Counted from the stretch's first letter, positions 29,511 to 40,262 are shown. The stretch: 64,000 bases of DNA from an uncultured Thermoanaerobaculia bacterium (GCA_964589625.1 CAZPSH010000008.1:1-64000); one strand, 5' to 3'. Notes: a model not told the origin generated them from the sequence alone. A program made the numbers and translations.

Positions 29511-30878
29511 TCAGTCCTGCTTCTTCTTCAGGATGGCCTTCAGGTCGATACCGGTCAGGCTCTCCACAACCTCCGGGAGCTGGGCGAGGACCGAGGCCAC
29601 CTGGCCGGTGATTTTGGGCGCTCCGTGGTTCTCCCCGACCATCACGATTTTGTCCACCTTGGCGAGGGGTTCGGCCACGGCGCGCGCCAGGTCCGGGAGG
29701 GTCTTGAGGGCGGTCTCCTGCAGGGCTGCATCGGTGTATTCCTTGTAGGCGGAGGCCTTGTCGCGCATGGCTTCGGCCTCGGCGGACCCGCGGGCACGAA
29801 TGGCGTCCGCCGCCGCGGCGCCCTCCAAGCGGACCCCGGCCGCCCGCCCCTTGGCCTCGAGTTCCTTGCGGAAGGCCTCCGTCTCGGCCTCCAGTTTGGC
29901 CTGGTACTGCATGGCTTCGGCCGGCCTCTTGACGGTGGCCTCGAGTTCCTTTTCCCGGCGCTCGATCTCCTTCTCCCCGACGCGCGCCGCCAATTCCACC
30001 TCGGCGAGCCGGACGGCGAACTCCTGACGCCGAAGCTCTTCCGAGAGCTTGGCCCGCTCGAGATCGTAGGAAACGTCCGCGGTGGCCCTCTTCACGTTCA
30101 CGGCGGCCTGGAATTCCGCCCGCTGGATCTCGAAATCCCGAGTGGCGCGGGCCAACTCGGCCTCGGCGGCCAGACGGGCCACGTCGCCCTCCTTCCGGTA
30201 CTCGGAGGCCCGGATGGCGGCGTCGCGCTCGGTTTCCGCCTGGGCGATGGCGGCGTCGCGCTTCACCTCGGCGATGCGGCGGGCGCCCAGGGACTGGATG
30301 TAGCCCTGGGAGTCGGCGATGTCCTTGAGGGCAAAGGAGACCAGTTCCAGGCCCAGCCGGGCGAAATCGTCGGCGGCGCGCTCGCGAACGCGTTCGGCAA
30401 ATTCCTCGCGCTGGGTGTAGATCTCCTCCACGGAGAGGGTCCCGAGAATGGCCCGCATGTGGCCCTCCAGGACCTCCTGGGCCACGTAGACGATGGCCGA
30501 GGCGCCCTTGGAGAGGAAGTTCTCCACGGCCCGGTGGAGGAGGGGCTCCTCGGCGCAGGCCTTTACCTGCCCCTGGGCCTCGGCGGAGAGGAGGACACCC
30601 TGGGCGGTGAGGACCTCCGGGCACCGCAGGGAGAGGGACATGACCTCCAGGGGCAGGACGTCCACCGTTTCCATGAGCGGCATGACGAAGGTCCCCCCGC
30701 CCACCTGGAGCCGGTAGCCTACCCTGCGGGACCTGCCGTCCGGTTCCGTCATCGTGGAGCTTCGACCCGAGATGACCAAAACCTGGTTGGGTCCCACCTT
30801 CCGGTAGTTGAAGGCCCAGATAGCGAGGAAGGCGACGACGACGACGGCGATGGCCGACGGAACGATGATCCAGACCAT
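29511..30878 (-). CDS. Flotillin-family SPFH protein (YqiK/FloA-like)
   Basis: N-terminal TM, SPFH domain, then a long EA-rich coiled-coil (AEAELARATRDFEIQRAEFQAAV...). ATG at 30878. Confidence 0.85.
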   Translation of the reverse strand: MVWIIVPSAIAVVVVAFLAIWAFNYRKVGPNQVLVISGRSSTMTEPDGRSRRVGYRLQVGGGTFVMPLMETVDVLPLEVMSLSLRCPEVLTAQGVLLSAEAQGQVKACAEEPLLHRAVENFLSKGASAIVYVAQEVLEGHMRAILGTLSVEEIYTQREEFAERVRERAADDFARLGLELVSFALKDIADSQGYIQSLGARRIAEVKRDAAIAQAETERDAAIRASEYRKEGDVARLAAEAELARATRDFEIQRAEFQAAVNVKRATADVSYDLERAKLSEELRRQEFAVRLAEVELAARVGEKEIERREKELEATVKRPAEAMQYQAKLEAETEAFRKELEAKGRAAGVRLEGAAAADAIRARGSAEAEAMRDKASAYKEYTDAALQETALKTLPDLARAVAEPLAKVDKIVMVGENHGAPKITGQVASVLAQLPEVVESLTGIDLKAILKKKQD

Positions 30879-30919
30879 GGGAACCCCCTCCGGCGCCCCC
30901 GGGCGCCGAGCGATTCGAT

Positions 30920-32020
30920 CTAGGCCAATTCTCCCACCCTCGAAGGCCTGCCGATGTGGAATCCCTGGGCGTATCGGAAGCCGACGGACCGGCACGCGTC
31001 CAGCTCCTCGGGGGTCTCCACGCCCTCCGCGAGGGAGGCGATCCCCAAGTCCCGAGTCATGCGCACGAGGACCTCGAGGAACTTGGTGTACCGCTTGGGC
31101 TTCAAGGGGAGGTGGCGGACGAGGGACGCGTCGAACTTCAGGTAGTGGGGAGGGACCTCGATGAGCTCCAGGAGGCGCGCCTGGCCCGCTCCGAAGTCGT
31201 CGTAGGCCAGCCACACGTCGATGGAGAGAAGTTCGTCCTTGAGGCGGCGCATGGATTCGGGATCGGTCACCGCCTTCTCGCTCACCTCCACGGTGAGGGG
31301 CATCCCGGGCCGCTCCTCACGCACCGACCGGAGGGCTTCCAGAAAGACGGGATCGGCGGTCTCTGTGGGGTGCACGTTGATGAAGAGGGTGGGGCTGTCT
31401 GGCAGGACCCCGCCCGCCCGGAGCCCTTCCTCCCAGAAGATCCGGCTCAGGTCGGTTTCGAGCCCGAGGATCTGGGCGATGGCGAACAAGGACTCGGGAT
31501 CCTCCGGGAGGCCTTCGGCGGTTCCCCGTCCGAAGATCTCGAAGCCGTGGGTCCGTCCTGTCGCGAGGTCCACGATGGGCTGAAACCTCGGCTCCACAGC
31601 CCTGCGCTCGATGAGGTCGCGGAATCGGGCCGCCACGCTCTCCACGTCCCGGCCCGGCGCGAGAAGCTCGAGCGACGTGCTCGTATCCTCCGTCGAGTCC
31701 TCCGCTTCCCGTCGGACCCGAAACTCGAGGTCGCCGAAGCGAATGAGGTCGCCCGCCTGGAGCGGTGCCTCCTCCTCGCCCAGGCGCATTCGGTTCAGGA
31801 AGGTCCCGTTCTTGCTCGCCAGGTCCTGGAGGAGAAGGTCCCCGCCCCTGGAGAAGATTTGGGCGTGGGCGCGGGAGATGCTCCTGGATTCGAGGTGGAG
31901 GTGGCACTCGCTGCGGCGGCCCACCAGAAACGGCAGATCCTTGAGGGGCACCCGGAGCGCCTTGCCCCCGTCCATCATCCCTTCCAGATACCAGCCCAGG
32001 GGCCTTCCCCTCTCATCCAT
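30920..32020 (-). CDS. FHA domain + EAL domain protein (putative c-di-GMP phosphodiesterase with phospho-Thr-binding module)
   Basis: FHA pattern (LVGRRSECHLHLESRSISRAHAQI...SKNGTFLN) followed by EAL-domain motifs (EIFGRG, LTVEVSE, LAYDDFGAGQA, LKFD, AEGVET). Confidence 0.75.
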   Translation of the reverse strand: MDERGRPLGWYLEGMMDGGKALRVPLKDLPFLVGRRSECHLHLESRSISRAHAQIFSRGGDLLLQDLASKNGTFLNRMRLGEEEAPLQAGDLIRFGDLEFRVRREAEDSTEDTSTSLELLAPGRDVESVAARFRDLIERRAVEPRFQPIVDLATGRTHGFEIFGRGTAEGLPEDPESLFAIAQILGLETDLSRIFWEEGLRAGGVLPDSPTLFINVHPTETADPVFLEALRSVREERPGMPLTVEVSEKAVTDPESMRRLKDELLSIDVWLAYDDFGAGQARLLELIEVPPHYLKFDASLVRHLPLKPKRYTKFLEVLVRMTRDLGIASLAEGVETPEELDACRSVGFRYAQGFHIGRPSRVGELA

Positions 32021-32075
32021 CCCCTGAAGTATACGCGCCTGGGGCCCGCCACCGAAAGGCTCAGCCCGCGCCGGG

Positions 32076-32471
32076 TCATTCCTCCGAGCCGGGGAGGAGG
32101 ACCAGGAGGAAGGCCGCCACGGCGGCGTGGGCGAGACCGTACCGGGAGTCCTTCAGGATGAGGGAAAGCGCCAGGCCCAACAGGGCACCCCCTTCCACGA
32201 GGGCGGCGGCCAGGATGAAGCGTTGGAGGGGCCAGGGCCGGGGCCCAGACCGGAAGAGGATGGGGGCCTGCGCCCTCCTCCCCAGGATCATCCCCGCCGC
32301 CCACGTCCCCAGCGCACAGAGGGTGAGGACGTAAAAGAGGGGGGCCATCCTCGGGGCCACGGGGACCGTCGGGAGGGACCAGTCGGGCGGGCCGGCCACA
32401 AAGACGGCCACCCCGCCGTAAATGAGGACGGAAACGACGAACGCCCCCTTGAGGAACCTGGCGATTCCCAT
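32076..32471 (-). CDS. Small hypothetical membrane protein
   Basis: Four hydrophobic helices, GC3-rich. No family recognised. Confidence 0.4.
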   Translation of the reverse strand: MGIARFLKGAFVVSVLIYGGVAVFVAGPPDWSLPTVPVAPRMAPLFYVLTLCALGTWAAGMILGRRAQAPILFRSGPRPWPLQRFILAAALVEGGALLGLALSLILKDSRYGLAHAAVAAFLLVLLPGSEE

Positions 32472-32589
32472 GGCCCACCTCCCCCGGGGCGCATTGTCTC
32501 AGAGCGGAAAGCCGGGCCACAAGCCCCGGGAGGCAAGGGCCCGCATGCCGTGTTGGGAGGGTGGCGGGCCGCGTCCGAGCCCGTGCTTT

Positions 32590-33198
32590 CTAGCCTTTTG
32601 CCTGGGCCAGGTTGCGGGCCACCTCGGCCCAGTTCACCGTGTTCCACCAGGCGGCGAGGTAATCGGGACGCCGATTCTGATACTGGAGGTAGTAGGCGTG
32701 TTCCCAGACATCCACCCCCAGGAGGGGCACCTTCCCCTCCATCAGGGGGCTGTCCTGGTTCGGGCGGGCGAGGACCTCGAGACGCCCGCCGGCCCATACG
32801 AGCCACCCCCACCCCGAACCGAACTGTGCCGCGGCGGCGCTGGTCAACCTTTCCTTGAAGGACTCGAAGGAGCCGAACTCCTTCACCAGCGCCGCGGCCA
32901 GGTCTCCCGACGGGGCCCCGCCCGCACCGGGTGCCATGACCTTCCAGAAGAGCCCGTGGTTGGCGTGGCCGCCTCCGTGGTTGCGCACGGCGGTGCGGAT
33001 GGACTCGGGGACGGCGGCGATCTCGCGGAGGAGGTCCTCCAAGGGTTTCTTCTGCAGGTCCGGGTGGCTCTCCAGGGCCTTGTTCAGGTTCGCCACGTAG
33101 GCCGCGTGGTGCTTTCCGTGGTGGATCTGCATCGTGCGGGCGTCGATGTGGGGCTCGAGGGCCTCGGGGGCGTAAGGAAGCGCGGGAAGTTCGTGCAT
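32590..33198 (-). CDS. sod: Fe/Mn superoxide dismutase
   Basis: [28 protein letters not shown] ... [18 protein letters not shown] signature. Confidence 0.95.
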   Translation of the reverse strand: MHELPALPYAPEALEPHIDARTMQIHHGKHHAAYVANLNKALESHPDLQKKPLEDLLREIAAVPESIRTAVRNHGGGHANHGLFWKVMAPGAGGAPSGDLAAALVKEFGSFESFKERLTSAAAAQFGSGWGWLVWAGGRLEVLARPNQDSPLMEGKVPLLGVDVWEHAYYLQYQNRRPDYLAAWWNTVNWAEVARNLAQAKG

Positions 33199-33347
33199 GG
33201 ATTCCTCTCCTGGGGTCGAAGGGCGCCCCGCCTCGCTCCGTCGGGTGGGCTTGGGGTACCAGGGCGCATCCCTGGTGCAACGGGTCCGCGGGTCTTCTTA
33301 TTCCTCCCGGCCTCCTGTAAGATGAGCCGCTCGGGGAGCGGACGGAC

Positions 33348-33926
33348 GTGGAAGCCTTTCTGGCCCGGTACGGGCTCTTGGCGGTCTTCGTGGGGATGTG
33401 GGTCGAAGGCGAGACGGTCCTGCTCGTCTCGGGCTTCCTGGCCCACCAGCGCCTCTTCTCCCTGTGGGCGCTCCTCCCTGTGGCGTTCCTGGGCGCCTTC
33501 TCGGTGGACAACGCCTTCTACGCCGCCGGGCGGTACCTGTCTTCGAACCCCCGCGTCCGCTGGTTCCTCGAACGGCCCGCCCTCCGGCGCCTCCACGAGC
33601 ACGGAGAGAGCTGGGGCGCCTTCCTGCTGGTCCGCTTCCTCTACGGCACCCGGGCCCCCTTCATGGTCTACCTGGGGAGCCGGCCCCTCCCCTACGCCCG
33701 CTTCGTCCTGAGGGAGATCCCGGCCCTGGTCCTGTGGAGCGCCCTCTGGGTCTTCTTCGGCCACGCCCTCGGCCGGGTGCTGGTGGCTCTCCTGGGAGAG
33801 CTCCACTCCTCGCACAGGACGGCGGTGGTGGCGATCCTGGTCGCGGCGGGTCTGCTCGCGGTCCTGGCCCTCGCCGCGCGCAACCGGATTCAAACCCGCT
33901 GCGCCGCGGCCGCCGAAGCGCCGTGA
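33348..33926 (+). CDS. DedA/SNARE-associated family membrane protein
   Basis: DedA core (GETVLLVSGFLA...LVRFLYGTRAPF). GTG start. Confidence 0.75.
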   Translation: MEAFLARYGLLAVFVGMWVEGETVLLVSGFLAHQRLFSLWALLPVAFLGAFSVDNAFYAAGRYLSSNPRVRWFLERPALRRLHEHGESWGAFLLVRFLYGTRAPFMVYLGSRPLPYARFVLREIPALVLWSALWVFFGHALGRVLVALLGELHSSHRTAVVAILVAAGLLAVLALAARNRIQTRCAAAAEAP

Positions 33927-34489
33927 ATCCCGCGGCGCTCCTGGGTCTGGCCGTGGCCCTCGCCATGGATGCCTTTGCCGTGGCGGTGGCCACGGGGCTC
34001 TTCCTCCGGACCGTGTCCGGACGCCAGACCTTCCGACTGGCCTTCCACTTCGGTCTCTTCCAGGCCCTCATGCCCGTCCTGGGCTGGGTGGCGGGCCGGA
34101 CCGTGGCCGACCTCCTGGCCCGCTGGGACCACTGGGTGGCCTTCGGACTTCTCCTGGCCATCGGGGGGCGGATGCTCTGGGAGAGCAGGCGGGGCGGTGA
34201 CAGGGAGGGGAGGGGAGACCCCACGCGCGGGGTCTCACTGGTCGTCCTCTCCCTGGCGACCAGCATGGATGCGCTGGCCGTGGGGCTGAGCCTCTCCCTG
34301 CTCGACGTGAGGATCCTGTGGCCCGCCGCGGTCATCGGCGCGGTGTGCGCCGCGTTTACTTGCGCGGGCCTTCATCTGGGACGCCTGGCCGGCGGCGCGG
34401 CCCGGTTGGGCCGTTGGGCGGAACGGGCGGGAGGAATCGTGCTCCTCGCCATCGGCGTCCACATCCTCTGGGAGCACGGGGCGTTCTGA
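33923..34489 (+). CDS. mntP: Manganese efflux pump MntP (DUF204)
   Basis: Two repeats of the MDAFAV/MDALAV motif. The GTG start overlaps the dedA TGA (GTGA). Confidence 0.8.
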   Translation: MNPAALLGLAVALAMDAFAVAVATGLFLRTVSGRQTFRLAFHFGLFQALMPVLGWVAGRTVADLLARWDHWVAFGLLLAIGGRMLWESRRGGDREGRGDPTRGVSLVVLSLATSMDALAVGLSLSLLDVRILWPAAVIGAVCAAFTCAGLHLGRLAGGAARLGRWAERAGGIVLLAIGVHILWEHGAF

Positions 34490-34507
34490 AGCGGTGCCGC
34501 CCGGAGG

Positions 34508-37500
34508 CTACTCCTCCTTCCAATCCGGAACGCGGCCGGGCGTCCACGGGGCTCCCAGGCCCTCCATGCGGGTTTCGAAAGCGGAGACGTCGGCCGCGAG
34601 CGTCCGGAGGTCCGACAGGAAGGGAGAAAAGGCCGCGGAGGCCGCCCGCACCGCCTCCTCGTGCGTGCCGGTGGGCCGCGAGGTGGTGCCGAAGTGGCCG
34701 CCCACGACCTGCTGGATTCGCTCCAAAATGGAGGGCGGGTCGGGTTCGTTCCGGCGCCGGACGGTTTCGTCCCCTCGGAGCCGGACGATAAGGTCCTGAA
34801 GCCGCCCTTCCAGCCGCCGGACCTCGAGGGCCGCTCCGGGAGGGACAGAGGGGGCCTCGTCCACGGCCTTGACCAGGTGAGCCAGACGATCCTTCAATTC
34901 AACCAGGAAGGCATCCGAACCCAGGACCGCGCGCTGGAGCCGCTGGGTCTTCCGACCGAAGGCGAGGGTCTCCGCTCTCTGGGCCTCCGACAACTCTCCG
35001 CTCCACAGCGGTTCCACCGTGAAGGGTCGGGGCCCCGATAGGGCGGTGACCGTCCCGCCCACGCGGGAAAACAACTGGACCCGGTAGACCCCTGGAGCGG
35101 CGAGGGGCCCCGTCGGCACCGGTGCCCACGGGTTGAAGTCTTCGGGGGCCTTGAGGCGAACCGGGTCCGCGGGCGGGAAGCGGAGGTCCCAACTCACGCG
35201 GTGAAAGCCGGCCGTGACGGGGCCCGTCAAGGTGCGGACCGGATTCCCGTCGGCGTCGCTGACCAGGAGAAGGACGGCCGGGGCTTCTTCGCGGTCCTCC
35301 GCGCGCAGTGCGTCCCAGGAGGGGTAGGGGACCGCTCTCTTCTCCTCTTCCGCCTTCTTTTCGGCTTCCTGCCGCTGTCTCCTCAGGCTTCGGATCTCCT
35401 CCTTCAACCGGTACGTGAAGACGGCGCCGAAAGGCGGGTTGGGCGCCGTGAAGAAGGCGTCCCCCAGGCTGGCCTTCTCCGGGAGCCCCAGGGGGGAGGA
35501 GGGAACGAAGAGCCAGGCCCGCTTCACGGGGTAGAGCGCGGAGGGCCGCGCGAGGGCCTCGTTTGTGGCCTCCCGTAACGGAGAGTAATCGTCGAGGATG
35601 TAGATGCCCCGCCCGAAGGTAGCCACCACCAGGTCGTCCTCCCGGCGCTGAATCTCCAGGTCCCGGACGGCGATGGTGGGAAGGCCTCCCTTGAGGCGGA
35701 TCCACCTTCCACCGCCGTCCCTGGAGAAGAAGAGGCCGAATTCCGTCCCCGCGAAGAGGAGGTCCTTCTCAACGCGGTCTTCCGCCACGGTGTACACGGT
35801 TCCCCGGGCGGGGAGGTTTCCGACGATGGAGGTCCAGGTCCGGCCTCGGTCCGAACTCTTGAGGAGGTAGGGCTTGAAGTCCCCCTCCTTGTGGTTGTCA
35901 AAGGCCGCGTAGACAACACCCGGGCCGTGGCGGGAGGCCTCCAGATCGCTCACGTAGGCCCGCTCGGGCACCCCCGGAAAAGTCCCCACCGTGCGCCAGG
36001 TGCCGCCGCCGTCCTCGGTGGTCTGGACGAGCCCGTCGTCGGTTCCGGCATAGAGGAGCCCCTCCAGGAGCGGGGACTCGGAGAGGGAGACCACGTTTCC
36101 GTAAAAGGACGTGGAGGCGTTCTTGGCCACCGCGTCCACCCCCCACACTCTCCCCATCATGGGCAGGGTGTTGCGGTCGATCCGCCGGGAGAGGTCCGGG
36201 CTCACCGGCCGCCAGGAGGAGCCGCGGTCGTCGCTGCGAAAAATCATCTGGGCGGCGAAGTAGAGCCGGGCCGGGTCGTGGTGGCTCACCAAGAGGGGCG
36301 AGTCCCAGTTGAACCGCAGGGGGTCCCCGCCCGGGGCGGGCTGGGGCTGGATGTCCAGGACCTCGCCGGTCTTCCGGTCGTACCGGATGAGCCCTCCGTA
36401 CTGGGACTGAGAATAGACGAGGTCGGGATTGTCGGGGTCCACCTGAGTCTTGAAGCCGTCCCCCCCAACGGTGACGACCCAGTCGGCGTTCGTGATCCCG
36501 TGGGTGGTCGTCGTGCGGGAGGGGCCGCCCAGGGTGTTGTTGTCCTGGGTGCCGCCATAGACGTTGTAAAAGGGGTGCGCGTTGTCGGGAGTCACCCTGT
36601 AGAACTGGGTTACGGGCAGGTTGTCCGTGAACTTCCACGTGGCCCCGCGGTCAAAGCTCTCGTAGATCCCGCCGTCGCAGCCCGCGAGCAGGTGGTCCGT
36701 GTTCCGGGGGTCGATCCACAGGGCGTGGTTGTCCACGTGCTTGAAGCGCTCGCCCACCTTCCGGAAGGTCTTCCCCCCGTCTTCGGTGACCTTCAACCAC
36801 GTATCCATCAGGTAGACGCGGTCGGGGTCCTTGGGGTCGGCGACGATCTCGTTGTAGTACTGCCCGGAGGAGGTCTGGATGTCGCTGAGCTTCTCCCAGG
36901 TCTCGCCTCGGTCTTTCGAGCGGAAGAAGCCGCCCTCCTCGAGGGCCGCCTCGACGATGGCGTAGACCACGTCGGGGTCTGCCGGGGAGACGGCCAGGCC
37001 CACGCGCCCCAGCTCCGCCTTGGGGAGGCCTTGGGACACCTTGCGCCACGTCTCCCCGCCGTCCGTGCTCTTGTGAATCGCCGCCTCGGGGCCGCCGTTC
37101 ACGAGGCCCCACACGTGGCGGCGGCGCTGGTAGGACGCCGCCAGGAGGACGTCGGGATCGCGGGGATCCATGACCACGTCGGTGACGCCCGTGTCGTCGC
37201 TGATCGCCAGCACACGCCGCCAGGTCTTGCCGCCGTCCGTCGTCTTGTAGAGGCCGCGATCCCCCCCGCGGGTCCACAGGGGGCCCTGGGCCGCCGCGTA
37301 GACCGTGTCCGAGTCCCGAGGGTCCACGAGGATCTTGGCGATGTGCTCCGAGGACTTGAGCCCCACGTTCTTCCAACTCTTGCCTCCGTCCTCGGACCGG
37401 TAGATTCCGTCCCCGTATCCGACGCTGCGCTGGCTGTTGTTCTCCCCCGTGCCCACCCAGACCACGAAGGGGTTCTTCGGATCCAGCGCCACGCACCCGA

Positions 37501-37795
37501 TGGAGTAGGAGCCCTCCGCGTCGAAGACGGGCGTCCACGTCGTGCCCCCGTTCTCCGTGAGCCAGACCCCGCCCGAGGCCACGGCCGCGAAAAAGCGCTC
37601 GGGCCGGTCGGGGTCCACGGCGAAATCGGCGATCCGCCCCGACATGAAGGCGGGCCCCACGGGTCTCAGTTCCAACCCCTCGAATTCCTTGGAGGGGTCG
37701 GGCGTGGGGCGACCGGCGGGGGCGGCGGTGTCCGCCGCCAGGAGGATCGCCGGCGAGAGGAGGGCCGCGAAGAGGACACGGGAGTACGATCGCAT
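34508..37795 (-). CDS. BNR/Asp-box repeat, sortilin-Vps10-like beta-propeller protein, secreted (1095 aa)
   Basis: Signal peptide and many S/T-x-D-G-G-x-T/S-W repeats (TENGGTTW, EDGGKSW, TDGGKTW, TDGGETW, EDGGKTF, EDGGGTW). RBS GGAGG. Confidence 0.8.
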   Translation of the reverse strand: MRSYSRVLFAALLSPAILLAADTAAPAGRPTPDPSKEFEGLELRPVGPAFMSGRIADFAVDPDRPERFFAAVASGGVWLTENGGTTWTPVFDAEGSYSIGCVALDPKNPFVVWVGTGENNSQRSVGYGDGIYRSEDGGKSWKNVGLKSSEHIAKILVDPRDSDTVYAAAQGPLWTRGGDRGLYKTTDGGKTWRRVLAISDDTGVTDVVMDPRDPDVLLAASYQRRRHVWGLVNGGPEAAIHKSTDGGETWRKVSQGLPKAELGRVGLAVSPADPDVVYAIVEAALEEGGFFRSKDRGETWEKLSDIQTSSGQYYNEIVADPKDPDRVYLMDTWLKVTEDGGKTFRKVGERFKHVDNHALWIDPRNTDHLLAGCDGGIYESFDRGATWKFTDNLPVTQFYRVTPDNAHPFYNVYGGTQDNNTLGGPSRTTTTHGITNADWVVTVGGDGFKTQVDPDNPDLVYSQSQYGGLIRYDRKTGEVLDIQPQPAPGGDPLRFNWDSPLLVSHHDPARLYFAAQMIFRSDDRGSSWRPVSPDLSRRIDRNTLPMMGRVWGVDAVAKNASTSFYGNVVSLSESPLLEGLLYAGTDDGLVQTTEDGGGTWRTVGTFPGVPERAYVSDLEASRHGPGVVYAAFDNHKEGDFKPYLLKSSDRGRTWTSIVGNLPARGTVYTVAEDRVEKDLLFAGTEFGLFFSRDGGGRWIRLKGGLPTIAVRDLEIQRREDDLVVATFGRGIYILDDYSPLREATNEALARPSALYPVKRAWLFVPSSPLGLPEKASLGDAFFTAPNPPFGAVFTYRLKEEIRSLRRQRQEAEKKAEEEKRAVPYPSWDALRAEDREEAPAVLLLVSDADGNPVRTLTGPVTAGFHRVSWDLRFPPADPVRLKAPEDFNPWAPVPTGPLAAPGVYRVQLFSRVGGTVTALSGPRPFTVEPLWSGELSEAQRAETLAFGRKTQRLQRAVLGSDAFLVELKDRLAHLVKAVDEAPSVPPGAALEVRRLEGRLQDLIVRLRGDETVRRRNEPDPPSILERIQQVVGGHFGTTSRPTGTHEEAVRAASAAFSPFLSDLRTLAADVSAFETRMEGLGAPWTPGRVPDWKEE

Positions 37796-37872
37796 GGGGG
37801 ACCTCCGGAGAAAGAGGCGGCCGCCCTCGGGCGGCCGCCGGAACCCACCGATGGAACCTGAGCCGGCCGAGG

Positions 37873-38196
37873 TCAGCGGTCCCGGGAATCCAGCGAGGCG
37901 AGCAGAACGCGGGCCTCCCTCTGGATCAGGCTGTTTCCGCGCTTTCGCCCCACGTCCTCGTCCTGGACCTTTTCCAGGAAGCCCAAAATGCGGCAGTGGT
38001 TCTCCCAGGGTTCGGCCTCCGCCTTCCCGAAGCGGCAGGAGGGACACTCGTTGTTGCAGCCGAGGTCCTTGAGGGCCTCCGTGCGGTCCATCTCCTCGAG
38101 CAGGTCCCGCAGGGCGAACATGGATTCGGGCTTTGCGTTGGTGGCGTAGGCCTCGAGGACCTTCCGGATCTCGTAGAGCAGTGCGGCGCCGGCCAT
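37873..38196 (-). CDS. Small hypothetical protein with CNNECPSC...NHC cysteine cluster
   Basis: ORF with GC3 bias and no recognised family. The start was chosen at MAGAALLYEIRK. Confidence 0.4.
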   Translation of the reverse strand: MAGAALLYEIRKVLEAYATNAKPESMFALRDLLEEMDRTEALKDLGCNNECPSCRFGKAEAEPWENHCRILGFLEKVQDEDVGRKRGNSLIQREARVLLASLDSRDR

Positions 38197-38275
38197 GCTT
38201 TTCCTCCCGTGGATCGCAAGGCGCCACTTTACCCGACCCGCCGGCAAAGTCAATCGGCCCCCGCGCCCGCGTCCT

Positions 38276-40171
38276 TCAAATTTCGATCTGGGCTCCGAGC
38301 TCCACCACGCGGTTCACGGGGATACCGAAGAACGCCGTGGCCGGCTGGGCGTTCCTCGATAGGAGGGCGAAGAGGCGCTCTCGCCAGCGGGCCATGCCCG
38401 GCCGGCTGGAAGGGATCAGCGTCTCCCGTCCGAGAAAGAAGCTCGTCTGCATCATGTCGAAATGGAGGCCGAACCGCGCCGCCGCCCTGAGGAGTTCGGG
38501 GACGTCGGGGGTTTCCATGAACCCCAGCCGGGCCGTGATCCGGTGGATACCCTGACCCACCTCCTCCACCTTCAGGCGGTCCTCCCCGCGAACGTAGGGT
38601 TCTTCCTCCGTCACCACCGTCAGGAAGACCACTTCCTCGTGAAGCACGTGATAGTGCTTGAGGTTGTGCAGGAGGGCGACGGGGACCCCCTCGGGATTCC
38701 CCGTCATGTAGACGGCCGAGCCCTTCACGCGGAGGGGCGGGTTTCTTTCCAGGTCCGCAAGGAACAGGTCCAGGGGGAGGACCTGTTCCTGCAGGCGGGC
38801 GTACAGGATCTCCCGGCCCCGCTTCCACGTCGTCATGAGGGTGAAGACGAAGGCGGCGATTACGAGGGGGAACCATCCTCCCTGGGGCACCTTGATGATG
38901 TTGGCACCCCAGAAGGCCAGATCGGCCGCCAGGAGGGCCGCCGCCAGCGGGACGGCCATCCCCAGGCTCCACTTCCACAGTCCCCGGGTGAGGAAGAAAA
39001 AGAGGACCGTGGCGAAGACCATGTCCGTCGTTACGGCGACGCCGTAGGCGGCGGCGAGATTGTCCGAATTCCCGAAGCCGAGGACCAGGGAAAGGGTGGC
39101 CACCATGAGCGCCCAGTTCACGGAGGGGACGTAGATTTGTCCGATCTCCCGGCTCGATGTGTGACGGATCGCCACCCGCGGGCAGAAGCCGAGCTGGATG
39201 GCCTGCCGGGTGAGGGAGAAGGACCCGGAAATGACCGCCTGGGAGGCGATGATGGTGGCCGCCGTGGCCAGGACCACCAGGGGAAGCACGGCCCACGGGG
39301 GGGCGAGGAGGAAGAAGGGGTTCTCCACGTGCTCCGGGTGCCGGATCAGGAGGGCGCCCTGGCCGAAGTAGTTGAGGAGGAGGGCCGGGAAGACCAGGCT
39401 GAACCACGTGAGCCGAATGGGCCGGCGTCCGAAATGGCCCATGTCTGCGTAGAGGGCCTCTCCGCCCGTGACCACCAGAAAGACCGCGCCCAAGGCGAGG
39501 AACCCCGCGCCGCGGTTTTCCAGCAGGAACCGGAACCCGTAGAGAGGGTTGAGGGCCGCAAGAACCTTCGGGGCCAGCAGGATGCCCCGAAGGCCCAGGA
39601 CGGCGAGGACCAGAAACCAGAGGAACATGACGGGGCCGAACACCGCGCCGACCTTGGCCGTTCCCCGCCGCTGAAAGAAGAAGAGGGCGACGAGGAGGAA
39701 GAGGGTGAGGGGCTGTACGTAGGGATGGAGGACGGGTGTGGCCACCTCCAGGCCCTCCACGGCGGAAAGGACCGAGATGGCCGGAGTGATCATCCCGTCC
39801 CCGTACAGAAGGGCGGCGCCAAAGAGGCCGGCCAGGGTCAGAATCCGGAAGAGGCCGCGGCGGTGGGCGTACGGCTTTCGGGCCAGGGCCATGAGGGCGA
39901 GAATGCCCCCCTCCCCGCGGTTGTCGGCTTGCAGGATGAAGCCCAGATACTTGGTGCAGATGACGAGCACCAGCGCCCAGAAAATGAGCGACAGGGCCCC
40001 CAGGATATTGCCCGCGTCGAGTCGTACGCCGTGGCCTTCATCGAAGCAGACCCGGAGCGCGTAGAGGGGGCTCGTGCCGATGTCGCCGAAGACGACGCCG
40101 AGGGCCGTGAGGGCGAGCAGGGCAAGGCGCCCCGGTTCTTTTTCGGCCCGAAGGGAGGCGGGGGGGCCCAC
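38276..40171 (-). CDS. kup: Kup/HAK/KT-family potassium transporter
   Basis: GDIGTSPLYAL signature at the N-terminus, 12 TM plus a cytoplasmic tail. Confidence 0.95.
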   Translation of the reverse strand: MGPPASLRAEKEPGRLALLALTALGVVFGDIGTSPLYALRVCFDEGHGVRLDAGNILGALSLIFWALVLVICTKYLGFILQADNRGEGGILALMALARKPYAHRRGLFRILTLAGLFGAALLYGDGMITPAISVLSAVEGLEVATPVLHPYVQPLTLFLLVALFFFQRRGTAKVGAVFGPVMFLWFLVLAVLGLRGILLAPKVLAALNPLYGFRFLLENRGAGFLALGAVFLVVTGGEALYADMGHFGRRPIRLTWFSLVFPALLLNYFGQGALLIRHPEHVENPFFLLAPPWAVLPLVVLATAATIIASQAVISGSFSLTRQAIQLGFCPRVAIRHTSSREIGQIYVPSVNWALMVATLSLVLGFGNSDNLAAAYGVAVTTDMVFATVLFFFLTRGLWKWSLGMAVPLAAALLAADLAFWGANIIKVPQGGWFPLVIAAFVFTLMTTWKRGREILYARLQEQVLPLDLFLADLERNPPLRVKGSAVYMTGNPEGVPVALLHNLKHYHVLHEEVVFLTVVTEEEPYVRGEDRLKVEEVGQGIHRITARLGFMETPDVPELLRAAARFGLHFDMMQTSFFLGRETLIPSSRPGMARWRERLFALLSRNAQPATAFFGIPVNRVVELGAQIEI

Positions 40172-40262
40172 GGCGCCTACCCCTCCCGCCTACCGGCGGG
40201 CATCGAGCGGGGGATCCTCGGCCTCCGGACCCTCCGCCCCGATGTCCTGTAAGAGGGCGGGA

